Below are positions 63,138 to 64,000 of a stretch of DNA of 64,000 nt, piece by piece (within the stretch, counting starts at the first letter, position 1; each line of letters starts with the position of its first letter). Source of the stretch: Octopus sinensis (lineage: Eukaryota); NCBI RefSeq assembly GCF_006345805.1, contig NC_043002.1, positions 84,506,001 to 84,570,000 of the forward strand, written 5' to 3'. The notes below the pieces were generated by a model. That model was given only the letters and a program-made list of their open reading frames with translations. It was not told where the DNA came from and did not search any database. Made by a program: the position numbers and the translations under genes.

Positions 63138-63550
63138 GGATCTTTTCGGTTTGAACGGCAGTTTTTTCTAGCGGTGTCATATGAAATTGTCACCTGTAAT
63201 TATGACCCTAGTATCGATCTATTGCATTTCAACCTGTTTTAGGGTTAGGGGTGGGGGAAGGGTATCTTTTTTCTTCACAAATGTAAATAAACCCAATCTG
63301 TTTCTTAAACGAGGGACATATTCATACGGCTCAGAGTGTTTTTTTTTACCTCAATAGATGTCACTGATTGGTTGAAATTGCAGAAATTGAAGAAAAAAAA
63401 CAACAAATATCTTACAAACTATAGAATTTTCTCAATAAAACCAAGAGAAAAAGATGTTTTATAAACACATTCTATGCAGTATATGAAGTTTAAAATTTTT
63501 TAGTTACCTAGAAATTATGTTAAAAATTGCCGTTCAAACTGAAAAGATCC
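63138..63550. mobile_element. MITE, second copy, opposite orientation, 8-bp TSD
   Basis: TIRs GGATCTTTTCGGTTTGAACGGCA and TGCCGTTCAAACTGAAAAGATCC; TSD GAGTTTTG at 63130-63137 and 63551-63558. Confidence 0.9.
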
Positions 63551-63944
63551 GAGTTTTGTATAGAGGACAGAGTAGAATAGTTACTTATCAATTGAAAACT
63601 TACTGAACAGTGTGTAATGATTTGAGAAATTATATGGAGGTACAGGAAGCAACAATTCTCTGTATTAATAAGACAGGAAACAGCTCAGTGAAAAATTAAC
63701 AGAAAGTTAGATGTGTTTTACCAAAAATGCTTGGGAAGGATTTTAAAAACATACTGGAAAGACCACATAACCAATGACAACATTCTAAAGAGAGCCAACA
63801 AAAGTCCACATAGCAAAATCATCACAGAATGAAGATTAAAACTAAAAGGTCACATACCTCAGCTCCCAGAATAAAGTCATTCTAAAACAGCTTTTAAATG
63901 GAAACCACCAGTAGGAAAAAGAGAGGAAGATTGAAAAGTATATC

Positions 63945-64000
63945 ATTATCATCATCATCATTTAACGTCTGCTTTCCATGCTAGCATGGGTTGGACGATT
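63945..64000 (-). mobile_element. RTE 3' tail, cut by the window end
   Basis: (CAT)n followed by TTTAACGTC...GCTAGCATGGGTTGGAC. Confidence 0.8.

Overview
AT-rich animal genomic DNA, mostly repeats and intron-like sequence. The repeat families and (TA)n/(CAT)n density look like an Octopus-type cephalopod genome; this is recognition from memory, not a database result. No intact protein-coding ORF was found. The ORF track is mostly microsatellite noise plus decayed retroelement pieces (RTE, CR1, an older Jockey/I-like RT, and a Penelope-type GIY-YIG endonuclease). There are at least three tRNA-derived SINE families, Helitron-like fragments, and two copies of a MITE with 8-bp TSDs. A CpG-richer block at about 25-29 kb has three good + strand splice donors, suggesting the 5' end of a host gene with a candidate 39-bp exon at 55463-55501. 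The main signal is a cluster of foldback elements in the first 8.6 kb, each set into (TA)n tracts. Four carry type I hammerhead ribozyme motifs with a palindromic stem III, and one also keeps a GIY-YIG remnant that links them to Penelope-like elements (PLEs). A separate, textbook minimal hammerhead lies at 22044-22089 (-). Pairings and translations were done by eye, identities are estimates, and most repeat boundaries are approximate.
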